From a virus (Duplodnaviria; Caudoviricetes): a stretch of 54,524 nt of DNA. The notes under the pieces are model-generated. The model was not told where the DNA came from. It ran no database searches and saw nothing but the letters and a program-made list of their open reading frames with translations. The stretch lies in the IMG/VR virus record IMGVR_UViG_3300034357_000647, positions 1-54,524 of that record; one strand, given 5' to 3'. Positions 43,827 to 52,406 of the stretch are shown in pieces. Position numbers and translations under genes: made by a program. Within the stretch, counting starts at the first letter, position 1. The number at the start of each line of letters is the position of its first letter.

Positions 43827-45803
43827 ATGAAAATTTACAAAAAAGGAAATTACATTTATATCGTTGACAATAATGGTGATATAAAGCAGGATCATGCTAA
43901 CGAAGTTAAGGTAACAAAAAGCAATGTGTCAAATGAAAAATATACTATTTATTCAGATGATTTAGGATTGAATGAAGTTGAGTTTTCAGAGATCAAAAAA
44001 GAAGATGGAAACGCTTATGCTAGTGTTTCAGCTTGGGAACTTTGGTATGCTGAAAATACGGGTTTTAATCCAGCTTCGGGAGGTAGCGGAGCAGGAACAG
44101 TAATTAATACCGTTTCAAATTTTTCAAGTTTGCCAGATGCAACATCCTATCCAAATGATTTTTATTGGGTTTCTTCTTCACAAGGTTATAGAATATTAGG
44201 AACATATAAAGCAAATGGATTATATTATTCAAATGGAACTTCTTGGGAGTTTATTGATGCTCCAACAACAGCAACACAAATCGAAGTTGATGCAGGAACG
44301 TTAACAGAAAAATATTTAACTCCTTCAACTTTTGAAAATGCAAGTAAATGGTCAACAAAACTAGATGCTAATATTTCAATAAATGCTTTAAATGATGTTA
44401 CAATTACAGATGCTACAAATGGTCAATTATTGCAATACAATTTTACCACTTCTCAATGGGAAAATAAAAGCATTACAATTGGGACTGGTGATATGCAGAA
44501 AACAACTTATGATACTGATAATGATGGAATAGTTGATTATTCTGAAACAGTACCAGTAGTTGTTAGAAATAATAGTTCAGTTGATACTTTAAGAAAAGGA
44601 ACGATTGTTTATTTAAGTGGCTCAACTGGTTATAGACCAAATGCAATAAAAGCACAAGCAAATGCAGAAAGCACATCAAGTGGAACTTTTGGAAGTGTTA
44701 TTTCAGATATTGCTCCAAATTCAGATGGTTTAGTTTGTGCAATGGGAACGCTTCATGATTTAGATACAAGGAGTGGTGCTACATATCCATTTACTGCTGA
44801 TACATTAGTTGATGGTGATGCTTTGTGGCTTGATCCGAATAATGCAGGTTATGTAACAAAAACAAAACCACAAGCTCCAAATCATATTGTTTTTATTGGA
44901 ATAGTTGCAAGGACTTCGCCAACATTAGGTAGAATTATTTATAGAATTGTTAATGGATTTGAATTAGATGAATTACATAATGTAAAAATTGATAGTGGAA
45001 CATTAGCAAATAATGATATTATTCAATATAATAGTTCAACATCTTTATGGGAAAATAAACAGCCTTCAAGTGGTGCATCATTTATACCACAGCTTACAGC
45101 AAGTGCATTTCCTGGTGGATATTATGCCAATAATGGTTCAGCTACATTTTCGGTATCTGGTAACGTATCAACTGCCGCATTAAGTGGAACGGCTGCCGCA
45201 ATTTCAATTACCAATACTTCTATTATAACAAGAACAATAAGAACGCAAATACCAACAACGGCAACAGCAGGCTCAAAGGCTGGAATTAGAACGGCTTCAT
45301 TAAGACATTCAGTTGGTCAAGGTTTTAGCTTTTCGGTTGGGTGGTGTATTCAAGATGCTGCATATGTAGTTGGTGCAAAACAATTTCACGGACTACTTCC
45401 AATTTCAACTTTAAGTACAATAAATAATTTGGTTGATGTTGTATCTCTAACAAATTTTATTGGAGTCGGTTCAGATGCAGGTGATACTAATTTACAAGTA
45501 TTTTATAATGATGCTAGTGGAACAGCTTCTAAAATTGATTTAGGTGCAAACTTTCCTGCAAATAGAACAGCAGGAGCATCATTAGATAAATTCTATGTAT
45601 TTGATTTATACAATGAACACGATTCAATGGAGGTTAAATATAGAATAACGGATAGAGTAACTGGAAATACTGCACAAGGAACATTAACAACTGATTTACC
45701 ATTAGATACTGTTTTATTAGGACCACAATCAATTAGAACAAATGGAGCAACAGCTTTAGCAACGGTTACTCAATGGTCGCATTTAATTACTTATTCTTTA
45801 TAA
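43827..45803 (+). CDS. Tail fibre / receptor-binding protein
   Basis: LNDVTITDATNGQLLQYN..QWENK and LHNVKID...IIQYNSSTSLWENK linkers, GDMQKTTYDTDNDGIVD, beta-rich C-terminus. Confidence 0.8.
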   Translation: MKIYKKGNYIYIVDNNGDIKQDHANEVKVTKSNVSNEKYTIYSDDLGLNEVEFSEIKKEDGNAYASVSAWELWYAENTGFNPASGGSGAGTVINTVSNFSSLPDATSYPNDFYWVSSSQGYRILGTYKANGLYYSNGTSWEFIDAPTTATQIEVDAGTLTEKYLTPSTFENASKWSTKLDANISINALNDVTITDATNGQLLQYNFTTSQWENKSITIGTGDMQKTTYDTDNDGIVDYSETVPVVVRNNSSVDTLRKGTIVYLSGSTGYRPNAIKAQANAESTSSGTFGSVISDIAPNSDGLVCAMGTLHDLDTRSGATYPFTADTLVDGDALWLDPNNAGYVTKTKPQAPNHIVFIGIVARTSPTLGRIIYRIVNGFELDELHNVKIDSGTLANNDIIQYNSSTSLWENKQPSSGASFIPQLTASAFPGGYYANNGSATFSVSGNVSTAALSGTAAAISITNTSIITRTIRTQIPTTATAGSKAGIRTASLRHSVGQGFSFSVGWCIQDAAYVVGAKQFHGLLPISTLSTINNLVDVVSLTNFIGVGSDAGDTNLQVFYNDASGTASKIDLGANFPANRTAGASLDKFYVFDLYNEHDSMEVKYRITDRVTGNTAQGTLTTDLPLDTVLLGPQSIRTNGATALATVTQWSHLITYSL

Positions 45804-45806
45804 ATT

Positions 45807-46043
45807 ATGGAACAATTTAACGTGGAGATTCATAGAATAGTTGATAATAATAATGGAACTTTTTATTATGAATTATCTCCAACAAATTTAGCATTAAAAG
45901 ATTTTTTACTATATGGTCATGATGATGTAATAGTTGGAACTATTGCTGAAACAGTAGCAGTTGAAATTGAAACTCATAAATCTGAAATGTTTGATGTTTT
46001 ACAAACTTATTATCCAGATATTGCAATTAATTATTATTTATAA
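45807..46043 (+). CDS. Small acidic protein, probable fibre chaperone
   Basis: Directly after fibre. Confidence 0.55.
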   Translation: MEQFNVEIHRIVDNNNGTFYYELSPTNLALKDFLLYGHDDVIVGTIAETVAVEIETHKSEMFDVLQTYYPDIAINYYL

Positions 46044-46046
46044 ATT

Positions 46047-46529
46047 ATGGAAAAATTAAAACACGGTGATATTTTGCATTGTTCTGGTCAAAGCATTATT
46101 TCAAAAGGTATAAAGTTATTTATACAAAGCGAGATTTCACATACAGCTTTATATATTGAATTAGATGGAAAACCTTTCATTGTAGATGCTCAAAAAGATG
46201 GGGTAAATTTAAGACCATTTGATAAATGGATAGCGAAGTATAAATATAAATATCTATCAAGCTCTCCAAATTGGGAGTTTGATCCATTAGAAAAAGCACT
46301 TTCAAAATCTGGAACTACTGGATATGATTTTGAATTGTTTGTTTTGCGTTACCCTTCTAAAATAATCAAGGGTTTATTCACGAAAAAAGAAATCAAACTT
46401 CGTAGAGTAAAGGATGAAAACAAAAGAATGATTTGTTCTGAATTTGTTGCATGGGTTTTGGGATTAGATGATCCACAAAACTACACTCCAAAAGATTTAT
46501 TAAAATATTGTATTCAGAAAGGTTGGTAA
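46047..46529 (+). CDS. Permuted papain-like NlpC/P60 (YiiX/YebB-type) hydrolase
   Basis: GDIL, SHTALY, GYD, ICSEFVAW, YTPKDL (His before Cys). Confidence 0.8.
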   Translation: MEKLKHGDILHCSGQSIISKGIKLFIQSEISHTALYIELDGKPFIVDAQKDGVNLRPFDKWIAKYKYKYLSSSPNWEFDPLEKALSKSGTTGYDFELFVLRYPSKIIKGLFTKKEIKLRRVKDENKRMICSEFVAWVLGLDDPQNYTPKDLLKYCIQKGW

Positions 46530-47044
46530 ACTTCTAAAAAATTAGATAAAGAACTATCTTTACTTCCGACAAATAAATTTACTCCTTTACTTTTAAAAGC
46601 CTTGTTCAGATTTTTATAATCAAGCAAGGCTTTTTCTTTTGAATTTCCTTTTATGTGTGGATGATCAATTAAATCAACTCCATGTAAAATAATTTCTTTT
46701 GCTCCAAGTTTGTAAGCTAAAATACACGCTACAAATGGAGAATTATTTGAATAACAAAATTTATCATTATCAAGTTCATGAAGAAAACCTCTTCCAATAT
46801 TAAATTCAATTAATTTAAAACTTGGAATCATCATTCCCCAGTCAACAATTTGAGAATAGAATCCTTTACATTTTGTTTTTAAAATAGTTTCAAGCCTATC
46901 TTTTGGGAATGCAAATAAATGATCAATACAAACAACATAATCAGTTTTATAATATTTATGAATATCATTTACTCCAATTGTAATATTATTATCTGGCTTG
47001 TAATATTCTAAACTATCACCTAATCCTAAAACGTGGACTTTCAT
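46514..47044 (-). CDS. Glycosyltransferase-like protein (sialyltransferase/DUF115-type fold)
   Basis: VLGLGDSL, TIGVND, DYVVCID, SPFVACILAYKLGAKEIILHGVD. Confidence 0.7.
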   Translation of the reverse strand: MKVHVLGLGDSLEYYKPDNNITIGVNDIHKYYKTDYVVCIDHLFAFPKDRLETILKTKCKGFYSQIVDWGMMIPSFKLIEFNIGRGFLHELDNDKFCYSNNSPFVACILAYKLGAKEIILHGVDLIDHPHIKGNSKEKALLDYKNLNKAFKSKGVNLFVGSKDSSLSNFLEVYQPF

Positions 47045-47098
47045 ACTGACAAAATTCGTTCATTATTAAGGGGCAAATATAATAATATCTTTGAATAC

Positions 47099-48211
47099 AT
47101 GATAGGACACGTTTATATAAAAGGACAAATCGGTAACAGTTACGATGAAAATGGAAACGTAACTGAAAGAGGTGTTGAATTGATAGATGTTGTTGAGCAA
47201 GTAGAAGGACTTGGTGAAGTTGAGCAGATAGTATTCCATATTAACTCACAAGGTGGGTATATTACAGTTGGGGAATCAATTGCAAATTTCATTAAAAGCC
47301 TTCCAAATGCTGTAACTATTGCAGAAGATTTATGTGCTTCAATTGCAACAGCTATTCATTTAGCTGCTCCATTGCAGAATCGTAAAGCAATCGAAGGAGT
47401 TTCTTATGTAATTCACAATCCTTATTTTCAGAATGTTTCTGGTGATGCTAAAAAGCTTCAAGAATATTCTGATTCGATTAAGGAGAATGAAAAAGAACTT
47501 GTTTCACTTTACGCAAATGCAACTGGAGTAAGTAAAGAAGCAATCAGTGGATTAATGGCAGTTGAAACAGCGTTAACTTCTGAACAATGTTTAAAGATGA
47601 AATTCATCTCTGAAATTTTACCAAAGGAAAGCGTGCAAATGGTTGCACTTATTTATAATGAAAAACAAAACGAAATGAAAAAACCTCTTTTAGAAAGAAC
47701 GAAAGAAGCTTTAGCAAAGTTGGGTTTATCAAAAGTTGCAGAAGAAGGAAACAATGAAGTAGCGAAAGCAATGACATTTGATACTGAAGATGGAACGATT
47801 GAAACTCCAACAGAAGAATTAGCAGTTGGTGATGTAATCACTTTAAATGGAGAACCTGCAAATGGTACTTTTAGAACTCCAGATGGAATGATTGACATTG
47901 TTGCAGTTGAAGGATTGATTACAGAATTAATTCCAGTTATGCCAGAAGATAATGCAAATGCTGAATTGGAAACATTGAAAGCAGAATTTGAAGCATTAAA
48001 ATCTGAAAACGAAACTTTGAAAGCTGAAAACAATACTTTGAAATCAGAATCAGAAGAAGTTGTTGCTGAATTGGAAAAATTGGCGAATGTAAAAAGTACA
48101 TACACACCACCTGCTCAAGCACAAGCATTCAGAAAGGTTGAAGATAACAACTCTAAAAAATCATTGAAAGAACAAGCTCAAGAAAAAAGAGCAAATTACA
48201 AACAAAAATAA
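47099..48211 (+). CDS. ClpP-type prohead protease fused to scaffold-like coiled coil
   Basis: HINSQGG, CASIAT, IHNP; acidic C-terminus; start moved to ATG 47099 just after TATCTTTG (47086-47093). Confidence 0.85.
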   Translation: MIGHVYIKGQIGNSYDENGNVTERGVELIDVVEQVEGLGEVEQIVFHINSQGGYITVGESIANFIKSLPNAVTIAEDLCASIATAIHLAAPLQNRKAIEGVSYVIHNPYFQNVSGDAKKLQEYSDSIKENEKELVSLYANATGVSKEAISGLMAVETALTSEQCLKMKFISEILPKESVQMVALIYNEKQNEMKKPLLERTKEALAKLGLSKVAEEGNNEVAKAMTFDTEDGTIETPTEELAVGDVITLNGEPANGTFRTPDGMIDIVAVEGLITELIPVMPEDNANAELETLKAEFEALKSENETLKAENNTLKSESEEVVAELEKLANVKSTYTPPAQAQAFRKVEDNNSKKSLKEQAQEKRANYKQK

Positions 48212-48225
48212 TTTAGAAAAAAGTT

Positions 48226-49308
48226 ATGGCATTAATTACACCAGCAGACTTGACTTTCAACGGAGAAGAAATCAAGCAATTAAGTGAAGCAGTTTTCGAG
48301 AGTGGATTCTCGAAACCAGAATTAAGCAAGTTCCACACAATAGTGAATGGAGTTGTTGCAAAAAAACAAATCGCTATTTTAGGTCGTTTATCTGGAATGG
48401 TTGGAAAAGGTTCTGGAGGTTGTACTCCTGCATCTGGAACAAATACAATTTCTTTATCAGAAAAATCTTGGAATCCTGCTCCAGTTTCTGATCGTTTAGA
48501 AGCTTGTTGGACTGACTTACAAGAATCATTCTTTTTATATGGTTTAAAAGCAGGAGTTCAAAAACAAGATTTGACTTCAACAGATTTCTTTAATTTCGTT
48601 TCTGATTTATTAGCAGATGCAATTCAAGAAGCAATTTACAGAATCGCATGGTTCGGTGATGTTGATGCTGCAACAACAACTGATTCTCCTGCAGGAGTTT
48701 TATTTGCAGGAACAGATGTTACTTATTTCAATAAAATTGATGGATTCTGGAAACAAATTTTTGCAATTGTTTCTGCAGATGCTACAAGAAAAACAACTGA
48801 TTTAGCTTCTAAAAATGGTCAATCTACTTATGCACTTCAAGAGTTCAATTCTACTGATACAACAAATAAAGTAGTAACAAATGCGTTACAAAATATGCGT
48901 TATGGAGCAGATTACAGATTACGTGAAAAAGCTAATTTAGTTTATGTTGTAACTCAATCAGTAGCTGATCAATATGAAAGAGAATTAACTTCTGCAAATA
49001 TTGCTTTCACAACTGAAAGATTAGAGAATGGAATTACATTATTGAAATCTGGAGGAATTGAATTATATGCTTTCAATTTATGGGATAGAATCATTCGTTC
49101 TTACTACAAAAATGGAACAAAATACTTCTTACCTCACAGAGCTGTTTTGGTTACTCCAGAAAACTTACAAGTTGCAACAGAAGAAGCAGGATCAATGGGA
49201 GAATTAGATGTTCATTTTGATAGAACAACGAAGAAAAATTACATTGATTTCTTATTTAATATCGATGCAAAAGTTGTATTGGATTACGAAATTCAAGTAG
49301 CTTACTAA
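48226..49308 (+). CDS. Major capsid protein (HK97 fold inferred)
   Basis: 360 aa after protease, followed by terminator; RIAWFGD, FNKIDGFWK. Confidence 0.8.
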   Translation: MALITPADLTFNGEEIKQLSEAVFESGFSKPELSKFHTIVNGVVAKKQIAILGRLSGMVGKGSGGCTPASGTNTISLSEKSWNPAPVSDRLEACWTDLQESFFLYGLKAGVQKQDLTSTDFFNFVSDLLADAIQEAIYRIAWFGDVDAATTTDSPAGVLFAGTDVTYFNKIDGFWKQIFAIVSADATRKTTDLASKNGQSTYALQEFNSTDTTNKVVTNALQNMRYGADYRLREKANLVYVVTQSVADQYERELTSANIAFTTERLENGITLLKSGGIELYAFNLWDRIIRSYYKNGTKYFLPHRAVLVTPENLQVATEEAGSMGELDVHFDRTTKKNYIDFLFNIDAKVVLDYEIQVAY

Positions 49309-49311
49309 TTT

Positions 49312-49343
49312 AAAAGGGGAGCATAAAAAACTCCCCTATTTTT
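49312..49343 (+). terminator. Intrinsic terminator
   Basis: aggggag-loop-ctcccct plus T run. Confidence 0.8.
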
Positions 49344-49363
49344 CACTATTAAAATTTAAAAAT

Positions 49364-49936
49364 ATGTCAACAGTATGTGGAGAGATTAGTGCTAACATTT
49401 CAAAAAGTTGTACTAATCCATTACAAGGTGGAACAAGAGATAGAGCAGTTGTAATAAACTATGAGGATGTTGCTTCAGTTGTTTACAATGGAACAAATAC
49501 AGAAGTTATTGAAGATATCGTTCTTGTTTCTGGTGCGGTTGCTTACCAAATTGATGGTAAAAACAACTCTATTGCACCAAAAGCTTCAATGGTTAAAGTT
49601 GGATTTAATAAAATGTTTGATCATACAGTAATGATGAAAGGTTTTGATATTTCACCTGCAACAAAAGCTCAATTGAATGCAATGAAAGACGGAAAATTCA
49701 TTGTGATTACTGAAAACTATTTCAGAGGTACAGCAGGAGAATCTGCATTTGAGGTTTATGGTTTAACAACTGGACTTGAAATGACAGTTATTGAACGCGA
49801 TCCAAATAATGCAGATACACAAGGTGCATTTGATTTCACTTTCTTTACAGATGTGAACAAAGAACCGCGTTTACCAAATTCATTATTTATTACTTCTTAT
49901 GCTTTATCGAAAGCAGTAGTTGATGGATTGTTATAA
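49364..49936 (+). CDS. Putative major tail (tube) protein
   Basis: 190 aa beta-rich, FEVYGLTTGL; own terminator suggests high expression. Confidence 0.6.
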   Translation: MSTVCGEISANISKSCTNPLQGGTRDRAVVINYEDVASVVYNGTNTEVIEDIVLVSGAVAYQIDGKNNSIAPKASMVKVGFNKMFDHTVMMKGFDISPATKAQLNAMKDGKFIVITENYFRGTAGESAFEVYGLTTGLEMTVIERDPNNADTQGAFDFTFFTDVNKEPRLPNSLFITSYALSKAVVDGLL

Positions 49937-49959
49937 TTCAAAATAAATCATTAATTTTG

Positions 49960-49990
49960 AAAGGGAAAGCATAAATGTTTTCCCTTTTTT
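49960..49990 (+). terminator. Intrinsic terminator
   Basis: aaagggaaagca-taaa-tgttttccctttttt. Confidence 0.8.
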
Positions 49991-49993
49991 ATT

Positions 49994-50524
49994 ATGAGTG
50001 AATTAGAAGAATTAATCGACAGAGTAAAAAGTTATGAATGCACGAAGCATTTATGGAGAACAAAACACGATTCAATTGAATTTATTGAAGCAAGTAAATT
50101 AAACAGATTATTAACTGGCATTCCATTAAACAAAGCTTTAAAATGTGAATGCGTTGAAGATTTATTTTTTATGTTAAAATTAGATAATACAAAACAAAAA
50201 GCTATGGAAAAGGCAAACAAACAATTTCACTTACAAAAAGGTAAAGTGATTCAAAGTTATGGAAACGATATTATTTCCGAACATTCAAGTGATGAACAAT
50301 TAATCGAAGCTTTAAGAAGTAATCCTGCATTAATTAAATTCTTTGAAAAAGTTCCAGATAATTGGGAACAAATAATAAAAAAAGGTGTTAGAGTTGTACG
50401 TAAAGCAAAAGAAATTGTTTCTGAAGTAAAGGAAATTGTATCTGAAATAAAAGATGCAGTTGAAGATGTAAAAGAAAGCACTACATTAGTAAAGAAAAGA
50501 AAGCCAACAGCAAAAAAATCTTAA
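49994..50524 (+). CDS. Hypothetical protein
   Basis: CECVED motif; KEIVSEVKEIVSEIK repeat. Confidence 0.7.
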   Translation: MSELEELIDRVKSYECTKHLWRTKHDSIEFIEASKLNRLLTGIPLNKALKCECVEDLFFMLKLDNTKQKAMEKANKQFHLQKGKVIQSYGNDIISEHSSDEQLIEALRSNPALIKFFEKVPDNWEQIIKKGVRVVRKAKEIVSEVKEIVSEIKDAVEDVKESTTLVKKRKPTAKKS

Positions 50525-50527
50525 TAA

Positions 50528-51874
50528 ATGGCAAAGGTAAAAGCGACAGCCGACAAGGTAGAAAAAAGAATTACAGCAGTAGACAATAAATCGCTTGGTA
50601 TTATCAATTATGATTTTGATAATCTTTACCCTCAAAGGATCAATGATATTGTAAACAATTCTGGAACAGCAGTTACTTGCCTACGTATGTATTCAAAATA
50701 TGTAATGGGTGGTGGTGCAAAAGATGAAACTTTCTATAAAGCAAAAGTAAATTCAAAAGGATTAACAGTTGATAAACTAATCCGAAAAATGACTTACAGC
50801 AAAGGAAAGTATCAATCAATTGTTCTTCATGTTAATTACAATGGATTGCTTCAAATTACTGAAGCTTCAATCGTTCCTTTTGAGTATTGTAGATTAGTTC
50901 CACAAGATGATGTTGATAATGCGGGAAAAATTGCAGTCTATGATGATTGGGGAAAGGTTAAGAAAAAAAGTATTGATAAAAAGAAAGTTGATTTTATAAA
51001 TATTTACAATCCTTCAAACGTTTTACAAGAAGTTGAAGAAGTAGGAGGTTGGGAAAATTACAAAGGTCAAATCCTTTATTGGACTCCAGAAGGTTTAGAA
51101 TATCCACTTGCTCCATATGATTCTGTTCTTGAAGATATGATGACTGAAGGACAATTGAAATTCTTTAAAAACAATACAGCTTCAAAAAACTTTCTTGCTT
51201 CACATTTATTGATAGTTGGGAAATCTGAATCGGAAGATGATGCAGAAGAATTTGATGAAAATTTAAGAAGGTTTCAAGGTGGTGATGGAGCAGGAACATT
51301 GCTTGTATTGGAAAGAGAAAATAATGATGAACAAATTGAACTTAAAAAAGTTGACATTCAAAATTATGATAAACTTTACGAATACACAGAAAACAGTTCA
51401 AGAGATTCAATTATTAAAAACTTTTTAATTCCACCAGTCTTATTATTAAGAACAGCAGGAAGTCTTGGAACAAGTAAGGAAATTTCAGATGCTTCGGATC
51501 ATTATAATACAATTACATATGATGATCGTTTAGTAATTGAAGAAATATTAAAAGAAATATTTAGTAAATTTTATTACAATATTTGTCCTTCAGATGATTA
51601 TTCAATTTTACCATTGAAATATCGTAAAGCAATTGAACCAGATTATTTCCAATATTACACTAAAAATGAAATTCGTGAAAGTAATGGTGATGCTCCTGCA
51701 GATGATTTAAAATCTGATACAACTTTACTTGCAGTAACTCTTGGAGTTGGTGGAACACAAGCATTGACTTCTTTGCTTTCTGATCCACTTTTAACAAACG
51801 AACAGAAGAAAGGTTCAATGATGGTATTATTTGGATTATCTGAAGCACAATCAAATCAAATGTTAGGATTATAA
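50528..51874 (+). CDS. Portal protein
   Basis: 448 aa; DNLYPQRI...SGTA, YPLAPY, F-L-IPPVL patterns of Bacteroidota phage portals. Confidence 0.75.
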   Translation: MAKVKATADKVEKRITAVDNKSLGIINYDFDNLYPQRINDIVNNSGTAVTCLRMYSKYVMGGGAKDETFYKAKVNSKGLTVDKLIRKMTYSKGKYQSIVLHVNYNGLLQITEASIVPFEYCRLVPQDDVDNAGKIAVYDDWGKVKKKSIDKKKVDFINIYNPSNVLQEVEEVGGWENYKGQILYWTPEGLEYPLAPYDSVLEDMMTEGQLKFFKNNTASKNFLASHLLIVGKSESEDDAEEFDENLRRFQGGDGAGTLLVLERENNDEQIELKKVDIQNYDKLYEYTENSSRDSIIKNFLIPPVLLLRTAGSLGTSKEISDASDHYNTITYDDRLVIEEILKEIFSKFYYNICPSDDYSILPLKYRKAIEPDYFQYYTKNEIRESNGDAPADDLKSDTTLLAVTLGVGGTQALTSLLSDPLLTNEQKKGSMMVLFGLSEAQSNQMLGL

Positions 51875-52404
51875 TGGAAACAATGATTAACATAAATGAT
51901 ATTAAGTTATACAAAAGTATTTCTTCAAATATCAACACTATAAAAGAACTTGATCCTTTTATTCTTGAAGCACAAGATTTTGATTTACGTGCCTTCATGG
52001 GAGAATCTTTTTATCTTGACTTTATAGATGATTATTTTGCTTCTCCAAGTTTGGTTAAGTATTATGATTTATGGGAAGGTCAAGAATACGAATATGGAGG
52101 TTATAGATATAAGCATGAAGGATTGAAAGCAATTTTAATTCATCATTCTTATGCACGTTTTCTTTCTCATACGAACGTTACTTCAACTCCTTATGGTATT
52201 GTATCAAAAACAAATCAATACAGCGAGAAGGCAGACGAAAAAACAATGTCAAGACTAATCCAACAAGCGAGAAGTTCAGCAAGTGTGTTCGAAGAAAGAG
52301 TTGAAAAATATTTGAACTGGCATTCTTCAGATTTTCTATTATGGAGAAAGTTAAAAGGACAAGAACAAAAGTATAGAAGTGGTGTAAAATTTAGACAAGT
52401 ATAA
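51874..52404 (+). CDS. Head-tail adaptor-like protein
   Basis: FILEAQDFDLRAFMG...GLKAIL...YARF...TPYG; after portal. Confidence 0.6.
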   Translation: METMININDIKLYKSISSNINTIKELDPFILEAQDFDLRAFMGESFYLDFIDDYFASPSLVKYYDLWEGQEYEYGGYRYKHEGLKAILIHHSYARFLSHTNVTSTPYGIVSKTNQYSEKADEKTMSRLIQQARSSASVFEERVEKYLNWHSSDFLLWRKLKGQEQKYRSGVKFRQV

Positions 52405-52406
52405 AA

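Noticed and set aside
47033-47098. N-terminal extension of the Clp protease given in the ORF track
   Set aside because: Overlaps the divergent GT start and contains the promoter; ATG 47099 is more plausible
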